This document shows, piece by piece, positions 1-13,093 of a stretch of DNA of 64,000 nt. The notes below the pieces were generated by a model. It was not told the origin of the DNA and ran no database searches. It saw nothing but the letters and a program-made list of their open reading frames with translations. The first letter of the stretch is position 1. Each line of letters begins with the position of its first letter. A program made the translations under genes and the position numbers. Source of the stretch: Gemmatimonadaceae bacterium (GTDB taxonomy: Bacteria; Gemmatimonadota; Gemmatimonadetes; Gemmatimonadales; Gemmatimonadaceae); assembly GCA_036003845.1 (NCBI GenBank), contig DASYRX010000159.1:605-64604 (forward strand). Direction: 5' to 3'.

Positions 1-1014
1 GGAGCGGCGACCGTTGTCGAACAGCGCGTCCACCGCTTCCTGCAGCATGCGCTTCTCGTTGCGCAGGATCACTTCAGGCGCGCGGTGCAGAATGAGCTTC
101 TGCAACCGGTTGTTCCGGTTGATGACGCGACGATACAGATCGTTCAGGTCCGACGTGGCGAAGCGTCCGCCGTCAAGCGGGACGAGCGGCCGCAGATCCG
201 GGGGAATCACCGGAACGACGTCCATGATCATCCACTCGGGGCGGTTGCGCGTCCCGTCGGAGCCTGAGTTGCGGAAGGCGTCGACGATCTTGAGACGCTT
301 GAGCATCTGCTTCTTGCGATGCTGCGACGTCTCCACGGCGACCTGCGCGCGCAGATCGGCCGCGAGCTTGTCGACGTCGATGCGCCTGAGGAGCTCGCGC
401 GCCGCCGGCGCGCCGATGTCGGCGAAGAAGCCCGTGTCGCCTTCCTCGCGCGCCTTCGTCTTGAGGTTGAGAAACTCTTCCTCGTCGATCAGCTGGTTAG
501 GCCTAACGTCTTGCTGGCCCGGCTCGATGACGACGTAGTTGGAGTAGTAGATGACCTTCTCGAGATCACGCAGCGTGAGGTCGAGCAGATTCCCCATCGG
601 GCTGGGGAGTGTCTTGAAGAACCAAATGTGCGCCACCGGCACGCTGAGCTCGATGTGGCCCATGCGTTCGCGTCGCACCTTGGAGAGCGTCACTTCCACG
701 CCGCAGCGATCGCAAATCACGCCGCGATAGCGGATGCGCTTGTACTTCCCGCAATGGCATTCCCAGTCCTTGACGGGACCGAAGATGCGCTCGCAGAAGA
801 GGCCGTCCTTTTCCGGTTTGAACGATCGATAGTTGATCGTTTCCGGCTTGGTGACCTCACCCCATGACCACCATGTACGCATTCCCTGCATCTCGAGCCG
901 TTCGCGCTCCTTCGAGTCCTTGGGACCACGGATCTCGTCGGGGGACGCGATGCGGATGGAGATGTAGTCGAACGCGGATGCGCGCGCTTCACGCGCGCTG
1001 CGGAAATCGATCAT
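1..1014 (-). CDS. rpoC: DNA-directed RNA polymerase subunit beta' (N-terminal ~338 codons; gene continues past the left edge)
   Basis: Absent from the ORF track because it has no stop in the window. My reverse-strand translation from the ATG at 1014 reads [38 protein letters not shown]... and [31 protein letters not shown] (beta' zinc-finger block). It starts 4 nt after the rpoB stop. Confidence 0.93.
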   Translation of the reverse strand, partial: MIDFRSAREARASAFDYISIRIASPDEIRGPKDSKERERLEMQGMRTWWSWGEVTKPETINYRSFKPEKDGLFCERIFGPVKDWECHCGKYKRIRYRGVICDRCGVEVTLSKVRRERMGHIELSVPVAHIWFFKTLPSPMGNLLDLTLRDLEKVIYYSNYVVIEPGQQDVRPNQLIDEEEFLNLKTKAREEGDTGFFADIGAPAARELLRRIDVDKLAADLRAQVAVETSQHRKKQMLKRLKIVDAFRNSGSDGTRNRPEWMIMDVVPVIPPDLRPLVPLDGGRFATSDLNDLYRRVINRNNRLQKLILHRAPEVILRNEKRMLQEAVDALFDNGRRS

Positions 1015-1017
1015 CGC

Positions 1018-5658
<4,641 letters not shown>

Positions 5659-5684
5659 TTATCACCCGGGTATGTGCACAAGCG

Positions 5685-5717
5685 CACCTCTCCCCGCGCG
5701 GCTGCGCGGAGAGGGTG
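5685..5717 (-). terminator. GC-rich hairpin in the rplL-rpoB spacer (possible attenuator; no U-tract)
   Basis: Arms cacctctccccgcgc / gcgcggagagggtg with a 4-nt loop, in the 110-nt spacer. E. coli has a partial terminator at the equivalent position. Confidence 0.35.
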
Positions 5718-5768
5718 CGTGATCGAGCGAGCAGGAACGTGCGACGTGATGCGACACCGCGCGCGACT

Positions 5769-6164
5769 TTACTTCACCTCGACAGTCGCGCCTTCGGCTT
5801 CGAGTTTCTGCTTGATCGTGGCGGCTTCGTCCTTCGAGACACCACCACGGACTTCCTTCGGCGCGCCGTCGACGAGGTCCTTCGCTTCTTTGAGACCGAG
5901 GCCCGTCAGCTCGCGCACGACCTTGATGACCTGGATCTTCTTGGCGCCGGCTTCCTTGAGGATGACGGCGAATTCCGTCTGTTCCTCTGCGGCTGGCGCA
6001 GCAGCAGCGCCACCGGCGGCCGGAGCCGCGGCAGCGGCCGGAGCGGCCGCGATCGTCACGTTGAACTTAGCCTTGAACGCGTCGATCAGTTCCGCCAGTT
6101 CGAAGACCGACATGTTGCCGATCGCGTCAAGGATCTCGTCTTTCGTCATGGTTGCGTTTGCCAT
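5769..6164 (-). CDS. rplL: 50S ribosomal protein L7/L12
   Basis: ORF track. Ala/Pro hinge followed by [28 protein letters not shown]. Operon context. Confidence 0.97.
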   Translation of the reverse strand: MANATMTKDEILDAIGNMSVFELAELIDAFKAKFNVTIAAAPAAAAAPAAGGAAAAPAAEEQTEFAVILKEAGAKKIQVIKVVRELTGLGLKEAKDLVDGAPKEVRGGVSKDEAATIKQKLEAEGATVEVK

Positions 6165-6242
6165 TCGTTAGGTTCTCCCGATAAGTCCCCAGGCAGAGCT
6201 GGGATTGTTCACTGACAATTCCGGCGGTGAAGTCCGCCTGGG

Positions 6243-6770
6243 TTAGGCACCTGCGCCTTCGACTTGCGCCTTGCGTGCTTCGAGCGCGCCGACGAACGTC
6301 GACAAGAGCGCGCTCAGTCCACTCACGAACGCTACCAGCGGCGCCTGCATGGCTCCGCCTAACTGCGCGAGCATCTGCTCGCGCGACGGCATCGTCGCGA
6401 GCTTCTTGATCTGATCTTCGGTGAGTGCCACGCCGTCGAGCATGCCGCCTTTGACGGTGGGACGCTTGTCGTTCTCCCTGGCGAAATCGGCCAGTACTTT
6501 GGCCGCCGCCACTGGATCCTTCGCGAGCACCACACCGGTCGGTCCGGCGAGACGATCGCCCACTCCCGTTAGGCCGCTCGCGGTGGCCGCGCGCAGCGCC
6601 AGCGTGTTCTTGATCACTACATACTGCACACCGGCTTTGCGGAAGCGCCGGCGCAGGTCCGTCATCCGCTTCACGTTGAGTCCCGTGAAGTCGGTGAAGT
6701 ACAGCGCCTTGATCCCCCGCATCTGCTCGCTCAATGCAGTGACAGCTTCTTCTTTTTCTGTTCGCTTCAT
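6243..6770 (-). CDS. rplJ: 50S ribosomal protein L10
   Basis: ORF track (MKRTEKEEAV...VIKNTLALRA). Sits directly upstream of rplL and starts 6 nt after the rplA stop. Confidence 0.96.
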   Translation of the reverse strand: MKRTEKEEAVTALSEQMRGIKALYFTDFTGLNVKRMTDLRRRFRKAGVQYVVIKNTLALRAATASGLTGVGDRLAGPTGVVLAKDPVAAAKVLADFARENDKRPTVKGGMLDGVALTEDQIKKLATMPSREQMLAQLGGAMQAPLVAFVSGLSALLSTFVGALEARKAQVEGAGA

Positions 6771-6776
6771 TGGCAG

Positions 6777-7466
6777 TTACCGGTACGGAGTTGTGTCGAT
6801 CTTGAGGCCCGGTCCCATAGTGCTCGAGACCGAGACATTGCGGACGTACACGCCCTTCGAGGCGTTCGGCTTCTGGCGAACGATCTGATCCATCAGCGCG
6901 CCGAAGTTCTGCTCCAACGCCTCGACGCTGAACGACGCCTTGCCGATCGCCGCATGCACGTTGCCGCTCTTATCCACGCGAAACTCGATTTTACCTGCTT
7001 TGCTTTCGCGCACCGCGCGACCGACGTCCATCGTGACCGTTCCAGCTTTCGGGTTAGGCATGAGTCCGCGCGGACCGAGGATGCGTCCGAGCTGGCCGAC
7101 CTGCCCCATTTGATCGGGCGTCGCGATGAGGACGTCGAAGTCGAGCCAACCTTCTTTGATTTTCGGGACAAACTCGACGCCGACGTAATCGGCGCCGGCG
7201 GCTTCGGCCTCGCGCGCCTTGTCGCCGACGGCGATCACGAGCACACGCACCGATTTGCCGGAGCCGGCGGGGAGTACGACGGTGCCGCGCACGATCTGAT
7301 CGGCGTGACGCGGATCGACGCCAAGCCTAACGGCGACTTCGATCGTCTCGTCGAACTTGGCGTACGCGCCTTGCTTCACGATTTCCATTGCCTGACGCGG
7401 CTGGTGCTGCGCGGCGATGTCGCGCCGCTTTGCCGCGGCGATGTACTTCTTGCCGTGTGTGCGCAT
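6777..7466 (-). CDS. rplA: 50S ribosomal protein L1
   Basis: ORF track ([29 protein letters not shown]). Overlaps the rplK stop by 1 nt. Confidence 0.97.
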   Translation of the reverse strand: MRTHGKKYIAAAKRRDIAAQHQPRQAMEIVKQGAYAKFDETIEVAVRLGVDPRHADQIVRGTVVLPAGSGKSVRVLVIAVGDKAREAEAAGADYVGVEFVPKIKEGWLDFDVLIATPDQMGQVGQLGRILGPRGLMPNPKAGTVTMDVGRAVRESKAGKIEFRVDKSGNVHAAIGKASFSVEALEQNFGALMDQIVRQKPNASKGVYVRNVSVSSTMGPGLKIDTTPYR

Positions 7467-7891
7467 CAGTCCTTGACCTCGACCCCCATCGAGCGCGCCG
7501 CGCCGGCGATCATCGCCATCGCGGACTCGATGGAGTCACAGTTGAGGTCAGGCATTTTGATCTCGGCGATCTTCCGCACCTGCGCCTTGGTGACCGATCC
7601 GACTTTGTCGCGGTTCGGTTGGCCGGAGCCCTTCTCGATGCCTGCTTCCTTCTTCAGGAGGATCGCCGCGGGCGGCGTCTTGAGGATGAAGGTGAAGGAC
7701 TTGTCGGAGTAGATGGTGACTTCGACGGGCAGGATCATGCCAGCCTGGCTTTGCGTGCGGGAGTTGAACTCCTTCACGAACGCCATGATGTTGATCCCCT
7801 GAGGTCCCAGGGCTGTTCCGACTGGCGGCGCCGGGTTCGCTGCACCTGCCGGGATCTGCAGCTTGACGAATCCGGTGACTTTCTTGGCCAT
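7466..7891 (-). CDS. rplK: 50S ribosomal protein L11
   Basis: ORF track ([43 protein letters not shown]). GAGGAG Shine-Dalgarno about 8 nt upstream. Confidence 0.97.
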   Translation of the reverse strand: MAKKVTGFVKLQIPAGAANPAPPVGTALGPQGINIMAFVKEFNSRTQSQAGMILPVEVTIYSDKSFTFILKTPPAAILLKKEAGIEKGSGQPNRDKVGSVTKAQVRKIAEIKMPDLNCDSIESAMAMIAGAARSMGVEVKD

Positions 7892-8193
7892 GCATTTCTC
7901 CTCTGCGTTAGGCTGGAGGAGCGGCGAGATGCGTTGGACGACTGTGCTCGACGCCGCCTAACGCGGTGCCGATCTCACGGTCTTGGATTCTCGTCGCTTC
8001 CAACCGACTCCCACGGTCCGTTTAGCGTCGTTGTGGTATCCGACGGTGCGCTCCTCGCCATGTGGCCGCCCCGCGCAAGGGCCGGTGACTGCGACGATCG
8101 AACGCCGTGGTGAACGGCACTCGGCAGTGGGATCATCTCGGAGACAGCCGCCGCAGTTCCCTCGCGTGCTGCCGCCAATCCCCCATCGACTTG

Positions 8194-8263
8194 AGATGGG
8201 GTCAGACTCCTTTGAACCGCGGTTGGCGCATCACGCCCCGCTCAATGGAGTCTGACCCCATCT
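8194..8263 (-). other. Perfect 17-bp stem (36-nt loop) 6 nt downstream of the nusG stop
   Basis: Left arm agatggggtcagactcc (8194-8210) is the exact reverse complement of ggagtctgaccccatct (8247-8263). No U-tract follows. Contains GGTCAGA/TCTGACC. Confidence 0.6.
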
Positions 8264-8269
8264 GGCCCA

Positions 8270-8815
8270 TCAGTACGCTCTTAGTTGCAGGTAATCCAAC
8301 TCCACGCTGGTCGGCCGGCCGAACAAACTGACCGTGACCTTCACTTTCCCCTTATCCGGATAGATGTCTTCAACCGTAGCGCTGAAGTCCGTGAACGGTC
8401 CTTCGGTGATCTCCACCGCCTGACCGATCAGGAATGGAATCTCTTCCTTTGCTTCTTCCTCGACCGTCTCATCGGCGATGCCGAGGAGCCGGTTGACCTC
8501 ATCGGACCGCAGCGCCATTGGATCGCGCCCGTGGCCCACGAACTTGATGACGCCCTGGATGCTGTTGATGACGTGGCTCGTTTCCTGATTCCACACCATT
8601 TCGACCAACACATACCCGGGGTACAGCTTGCGTTCGACGTTCACCTTCTTGCCGTTCTTGATCTCGACGACTTCCTGCGTCGGAACCAGAGCCTGGCGGA
8701 TCATGCGCTCTTCCGGAGCGCGCGGATCCTGATCGATCCGGCGCTGGATGAGCGAGCGCACTTTGTTCTCGTGCCCCGCCGTTGTCTGAATCGCGTAAAA
8801 CCGATGCGCGCTCAT
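8270..8815 (-). CDS. nusG: Transcription termination/antitermination factor NusG
   Basis: ORF track (WYAIQT-like N-terminus FYAIQTTAGHENKV; KOW region GQAVEITEGPFTDFSATVEDI). secE-nusG-rplK context. Confidence 0.95.
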   Translation of the reverse strand: MSAHRFYAIQTTAGHENKVRSLIQRRIDQDPRAPEERMIRQALVPTQEVVEIKNGKKVNVERKLYPGYVLVEMVWNQETSHVINSIQGVIKFVGHGRDPMALRSDEVNRLLGIADETVEEEAKEEIPFLIGQAVEITEGPFTDFSATVEDIYPDKGKVKVTVSLFGRPTSVELDYLQLRAY

Positions 8816-8816
8816 C

Positions 8817-9062
8817 TCAGCCGCGGAAGATCGAAGGGATGCCCCTAACGAGTAGAAGCTGAAGCGCCCAATCCACGACGAAAATGATCAGCCCGACGAA
8901 CAGCGACAGCACGATCACGCCGATGGCGAGTTGGCGGATTTGCGTCTTGTCGGGCCACGTCACCTTCTTCATTTCCGCGATTGTCTCGCGGTAGAAAGTG
9001 ACAACTTTCCCGATGACGCCCGGCCCTCCTCCGGTCGGCGCCTGTGCGATATCCACGGCCAC
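8817..9062 (-). CDS. secE: Preprotein translocase subunit SecE (start trimmed to an in-frame GTG just after the rpmG stop)
   Basis: ORF 8817..9122 contains FYRETIAEMKKVTWPDKTQIRQLAIGVIVLSLFVGLIIFVVD (SecE TM segment). The longest ORF would overlap rpmG. In-frame GTGs lie at 9062 and 9056. Confidence 0.8.
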   Translation of the reverse strand: MAVDIAQAPTGGGPGVIGKVVTFYRETIAEMKKVTWPDKTQIRQLAIGVIVLSLFVGLIIFVVDWALQLLLVRGIPSIFRG

Positions 9063-9064
9063 GG

Positions 9065-9217
9065 CTACTTCGTTTCCTTGTGCAGCGTGTGTTTGTTGCA
9101 GCGCGGGCAATGCTTCTTCCACTCCACACGCTCCGGATGCACACGCCGGTTCTTCGTCGTGAAGTAGTTGCGATTCTTACAGTCGTTGCACGCGAGGATG
9201 ATGTTCTCTCGAGGCAT
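9065..9217 (-). CDS. rpmG: 50S ribosomal protein L33 (50 aa; too short for the ORF track)
   Basis: My translation: [50 protein letters not shown]. Two CxxC pairs and the usual position ahead of secE. Confidence 0.9.
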   Translation of the reverse strand: MPRENIILACNDCKNRNYFTTKNRRVHPERVEWKKHCPRCNKHTLHKETK

Positions 9218-9243
9218 ATCCAATCAAAAGAAGTTCGTTACAG

Positions 9244-9316
9244 AGCTCGCGATCGGGATTGAACCGATGACCTCACCCTTACCAAGGGTGTGCTCTACCG
9301 ACTGAGCTACGCGAGC
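9244..9316 (-). tRNA. tRNA-Thr (anticodon GGU)
   Basis: Hand-folded cloverleaf: GCTCGCG/CGCGAGC acceptor, GCTC-AGTCGGTA-GAGC D arm, CACCC-TTGGTAA-GGGTG anticodon arm, ATCGG-TTCAATC-CCGAT T arm. No encoded CCA. Confidence 0.9.
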
Positions 9317-9349
9317 AAAGCTTTCCTTCACCGTATCCCTCAATCGTAG

Positions 9350-9422
9350 AGCGGGAGACGGGGCTCGAACCCGCGACATCAAGCTTGGAAGGCTTGCGCT
9401 CTACCAGCTGAGCTACTCCCGC
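9350..9422 (-). tRNA. tRNA-Gly (anticodon UCC)
   Basis: GCGGGAG/CTCCCGC acceptor, CAAGC-CTTCCAA-GCTTG anticodon arm, GCGGG-TTCGAGC-CCCGT T arm. Confidence 0.9.
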
Positions 9423-9523
9423 AGGACGTGCCGTACTCCGACTCCGTTGTCTTGTTGCCGCTCCACCCTTCGTTCCTTCCCGCCGCTCCTGGCCGATATC
9501 GCCTAACGCGATGGTCGCCAGAG

Positions 9524-9607
9524 TGGTGGGGGAAGGATTCGAACCTTCGAAGGCGTTAAGCCGGCAGATTTACAGTCTGCTCCCGTTGGCCACTTAGGTA
9601 CCCCACC
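9524..9607 (-). tRNA. tRNA-Tyr (anticodon GUA, long variable arm)
   Basis: GGTGGGG/CCCCACC acceptor, GCAGA-CTGTAAA-TCTGC anticodon arm, long extra arm, GAAGG-TTCGAAT-CCTTC T arm. Confidence 0.9.
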
Positions 9608-9652
9608 TAACGCGAACAACAGCAGCGCCAGGTAGTCCTGCCGCTGATAGTG

Positions 9653-9724
9653 AGCTGACGGCGAGAGTTGAACTCGCAACCTACTGATTACAAATCAGTT
9701 GCTCTGCCATTGAGCTACGTCAGC
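9653..9724 (-). tRNA. tRNA-Thr (anticodon UGU)
   Basis: GCTGACG/CGTCAGC acceptor, ACTGA-TTTGTAA-TCAGT anticodon arm, GCGAG-TTCAACT-CTCGC T arm. Confidence 0.9.
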
Positions 9725-9752
9725 ACCCGAAGGCTATTTACGCGAGACACAC

Positions 9753-9781
9753 ATTTTACCGGGCCTGACAGAGCAAGTCAA
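9753..9781 (-). promoter_or_regulatory. Sigma70-type promoter for the tRNA/rpmG-secE-nusG transcription unit
   Basis: Minus strand reads TTGACT - 17 nt - TAAAAT, ending about 28 nt upstream of the first tRNA. Confidence 0.55.
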
Positions 9782-9818
9782 TCCATTGCTGTAAAACGAC
9801 TTGGGCCGGCAGTACAGG

Positions 9819-12578
9819 CTACTCCTCCCGCAATGCGGCGATCGGATCGACCCGCCAAGCGCGCCGAGCTGGGCCGATCGCAGCCAGAAGCGATGCCGCC
9901 AGCAACGTGACACCGACGCCGACATAAACCACGGGATCGACCGGCGAGACGTCGAACAGCAGGGTCCGAACGGCGCGCGTCCCCAGAAGCGCCAGACCAA
10001 CTCCCAAGATCAAGCCTGGCAACGCATAACGCAGCGCTCGGCCAACGACCAAGCGACCTACATCGCCGCGCTGGGCGCCCAGTGCCTGGCGAACACCGAA
10101 TTCATGAGCTCGCTGCGCCATCTCATACGCGATCGTACTGTAGAGCCCGACAGCAGCGATTACTAGAGCCAGTGTCCCGAAGAGGCCAAACATCGTCGCC
10201 CCCAACTCCCATGGCCGAGTCTCCAATGAGACCGGCTCCCGTAACAGCCGAACATCGGCAAATGGAAGGTTGCCCCCCATCGACTGCAGAGTCCGCCGCA
10301 CGTCCAGCGCAGCGTTAGCCGCAGGGACGCCATCGCGCGCCCGGACCATCAGCACACGCCACTGCATGAGCGATGGCGACTGTGAGATCGGAACGTATTG
10401 CTCCGGAGCGCCACCTTCACGGAATTCGTGCACCCGGGTGTTCTGCGAAATCCCGATGACCGTGATGCACGGTGTGCGCTTCTTCTTCCGGTTGTCGTCG
10501 TCGACCACGATATAGTAGCACTTGCCTAACGCTTCCTGGCCGGGAAAAAGATAGCGAGCCATGGAGTCGCTGATCACGGAGACACGCGCGGCGCCGGCAT
10601 CGTCGGCTGCAGTGAACGCGCGCCCTTTCACGATGCGCATCCCCATCGTCGTGAAGTAGCTGGGCGAGACCGCGTTGATGTACGGTCCATTCGCGAGCGG
10701 CGGCAGCGAATCGCGGTCGGGCACTTCGAGATCGAGCGCCCAACCCGATTCCAACGGCGTAGTGACGGACTGCGAGGCGCTGCCCACGGACGGGAGAACC
10801 GCGACCTGCTCCAGCGCACGGCGCCAGAAGTCCTCGAACGCCTCGCGTCCCTTCACGACACCGCTCAGGTCGACCTGCGCGACCATAACCCGGTCGGGAT
10901 CGAAACCCAGGTCCAGCCGCGCGACGTTGCGCAAACTACGCACGAAAAGCCCGGCGCCAATCAGCAGGAGCATCGACAGCGCCCCCTGCATAACGAGGAG
11001 CGTCGTTCGCAGACGCGATCGCCGCACGGATCCTTCGCGCACACCTGCCTTGAGCGCGTCACCAACGTCCATGCGTCGCGACAGAGCCAGCGGCGCGAGA
11101 CCTGCCGCGACGCCGACAGCGAGTACGCACCCAGCCGTAAAGAGCACCAAACGCAGATCCGGCCGTCCAGCCGCGATGTCCAGCCTGCCGAGCAGCGTGG
11201 CACGCAGGAGCTGGGTGGCGCCAGGCACCAGGGCCAGGGCAGCGAGTCCACTCACCGTAGCAAGGATGGTACTCTCGAGCAGCAGCTGCGTCGCCAACCG
11301 AGCACGGCTGATGCCTAACGCTAAGCGCAGCGCGATTTCGCGGCGTCGCCGCGCGGCTCGCAGCAGAAGCAGGTTCGCCACGTTGGCACAGGCGATGGCG
11401 AGCACGATCGCCGCGACGATGGCGAGCCACGCGGAGACGCGCGCCGAGAGGCTGCCACTGCCGGATTTCCCCGTGAGCATGCCGCCGATGCCTTCGACGC
11501 CTCGCGCCGGGACCATCGATGCCAGGAGAATCGTCGCGGTCGAATCGCTTTTCCGCGCCTCGCGCATGAGGCGCTGATATGTGGCCGTCGCGCGTGCGGC
11601 GGCTGCCTCCGCGCTCACGTCGCTGCGCCGTTGTGCGACGACTTCGAGCCAGCGCATGTCCTGGTACGTGTCGAACGTCGGGTTCGTGAACTCGGGCGCC
11701 GCGACGTGCATCGGGATCCACGCATCTATTGGATACAGGCTCGCGCCGTTGAAGCCCTGCGGCGCGACGCCGACGATCGTGTAAAAGCCCTGGTTCAGTT
11801 GGATCTCACGACCGATGACTTGCGCATCGCCGCCGAATTGCCGCTGCCAGAACCCGTGCGAGAGCACCACGGGCGGCTTGGGGTTGCCGCGGCGATCCTC
11901 GTCAGGCGCGAAGAAGCGACCACGCTCGGCGCGCACACCGAGCAGCGGAAAGAAGTTCGCCGTTGCTAGGCCTGCGTTGACTTTCACCGCGTCGGGTCCG
12001 CGGCCTAACGAGGCGACCGCGCTCCAGTACGCGGCGGCATCGCTGAAGGCCCCGCGCTCGTCACGCAGAGCGGCGTAGCCTGGGTAGCTCGTGCTCCTTC
12101 CTACGAATGAACCGAAGCCTTGCGATTGACGGCGTATGTAGATCGACGTGAGGCGCGGATCACTCGAGACATGCGGCGGCGGTCGCAGGAGCAGACGATC
12201 CACGATGCCGAACATCGTGGCGTTCGCGCCCAGGCCTAACATCAATGTGATGACGACGAAGAGCGAAACGCGGCGATCCTTGACCAGGGCACGCACGGCC
12301 GAGCGCACGTCGTGGACGAGCGCCCCCATTCGGTCTGCGCGCCGCTCCTGCGCGTCGCTCACGGAATCGATCTGGTGCAGGTCGCGCCGCACCTGCGTCA
12401 CGTCGCCGAAACGGCGGGCCGCTTCGCGTCGTGCCTCCTCCGGCGTTAGGCCCTGCGCCAGGAATTCCGCGACCGTCGCGTCGAAGTGAAAGGCGATCTC
12501 GTCGTCGATCTCGCGCTCGATGGGTCGCCGACCGGCGGGGAAGCGCAGCAGACGGCGGATTCCGCGTGGATGTTCCAT
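9819..12578 (-). CDS. Duplicated MacB/FtsX-type permease (ADOP-family-like), start trimmed to MEHPRGIRR
   Basis: ORF 9819..12665. Two FtsX-like four-TM modules with large periplasmic domains. N-terminal RRLLRFPAGRRPIEREIDDEIAFHFD is typical of PadR-linked permeases. The ATG at 12578 avoids overlap with the PadR gene. Confidence 0.8.
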   Translation of the reverse strand: MEHPRGIRRLLRFPAGRRPIEREIDDEIAFHFDATVAEFLAQGLTPEEARREAARRFGDVTQVRRDLHQIDSVSDAQERRADRMGALVHDVRSAVRALVKDRRVSLFVVITLMLGLGANATMFGIVDRLLLRPPPHVSSDPRLTSIYIRRQSQGFGSFVGRSTSYPGYAALRDERGAFSDAAAYWSAVASLGRGPDAVKVNAGLATANFFPLLGVRAERGRFFAPDEDRRGNPKPPVVLSHGFWQRQFGGDAQVIGREIQLNQGFYTIVGVAPQGFNGASLYPIDAWIPMHVAAPEFTNPTFDTYQDMRWLEVVAQRRSDVSAEAAAARATATYQRLMREARKSDSTATILLASMVPARGVEGIGGMLTGKSGSGSLSARVSAWLAIVAAIVLAIACANVANLLLLRAARRRREIALRLALGISRARLATQLLLESTILATVSGLAALALVPGATQLLRATLLGRLDIAAGRPDLRLVLFTAGCVLAVGVAAGLAPLALSRRMDVGDALKAGVREGSVRRSRLRTTLLVMQGALSMLLLIGAGLFVRSLRNVARLDLGFDPDRVMVAQVDLSGVVKGREAFEDFWRRALEQVAVLPSVGSASQSVTTPLESGWALDLEVPDRDSLPPLANGPYINAVSPSYFTTMGMRIVKGRAFTAADDAGAARVSVISDSMARYLFPGQEALGKCYYIVVDDDNRKKKRTPCITVIGISQNTRVHEFREGGAPEQYVPISQSPSLMQWRVLMVRARDGVPAANAALDVRRTLQSMGGNLPFADVRLLREPVSLETRPWELGATMFGLFGTLALVIAAVGLYSTIAYEMAQRAHEFGVRQALGAQRGDVGRLVVGRALRYALPGLILGVGLALLGTRAVRTLLFDVSPVDPVVYVGVGVTLLAASLLAAIGPARRAWRVDPIAALREE

Positions 12579-12588
12579 GTGGCTGCGC

Positions 12589-12921
12589 CTACGCGGGTTG
12601 CAGCACACGCGACACGGCGGTCGCGTAGCGCGTCCATTGTTCGGTGCGCGCGACGAGCGCGGCACGCCCTTGCTTCGTTAGGCTGTAGAACTTGGCGCGG
12701 CGATTCTGGTCGGTGACGCCCCATTCGCTGCGCACCCATTTGCGTTGCTCGAGGCGGTGCAGCGACGTATACAACGCGCCGTCGTCGATGCGCAGCTCGT
12801 CCGCGGTTTTCAGGCGGATCGAGTGCGCGACTCCGTAGCCGTGCGTCGGTCCCCAGGTGAGCGTTTTGAGAATGAGGACGTCCAGCGTCCCCTGCAGAAG
12901 TTCGAGCGGTCGGTCAGGCAT
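12589..12921 (-). CDS. PadR family transcriptional regulator
   Basis: ORF track: LQGTLDVLILKTLTWGPTHGYGVAHSI...GALYTSLHRLEQRKWVRSEWG...KFYSLTKQG (winged-helix PadR signature). Confidence 0.9.
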   Translation of the reverse strand: MPDRPLELLQGTLDVLILKTLTWGPTHGYGVAHSIRLKTADELRIDDGALYTSLHRLEQRKWVRSEWGVTDQNRRAKFYSLTKQGRAALVARTEQWTRYATAVSRVLQPA

Positions 12922-13093
12922 GAGCGAGTACCCTCAAGTGTTGAGGGTACTCACCTAGCTTCGGGTGCGCAAGGACGGAAACGGCCTCACCGCGGACTAA
13001 CGCGGACGAGGCCGGACAAATGCCTTGACAACTACAAGAGTTGATCTTGTTCGCGCGTGTTCGCGTGTGTCAGCGGTGGAGTAGTTGTTGATG

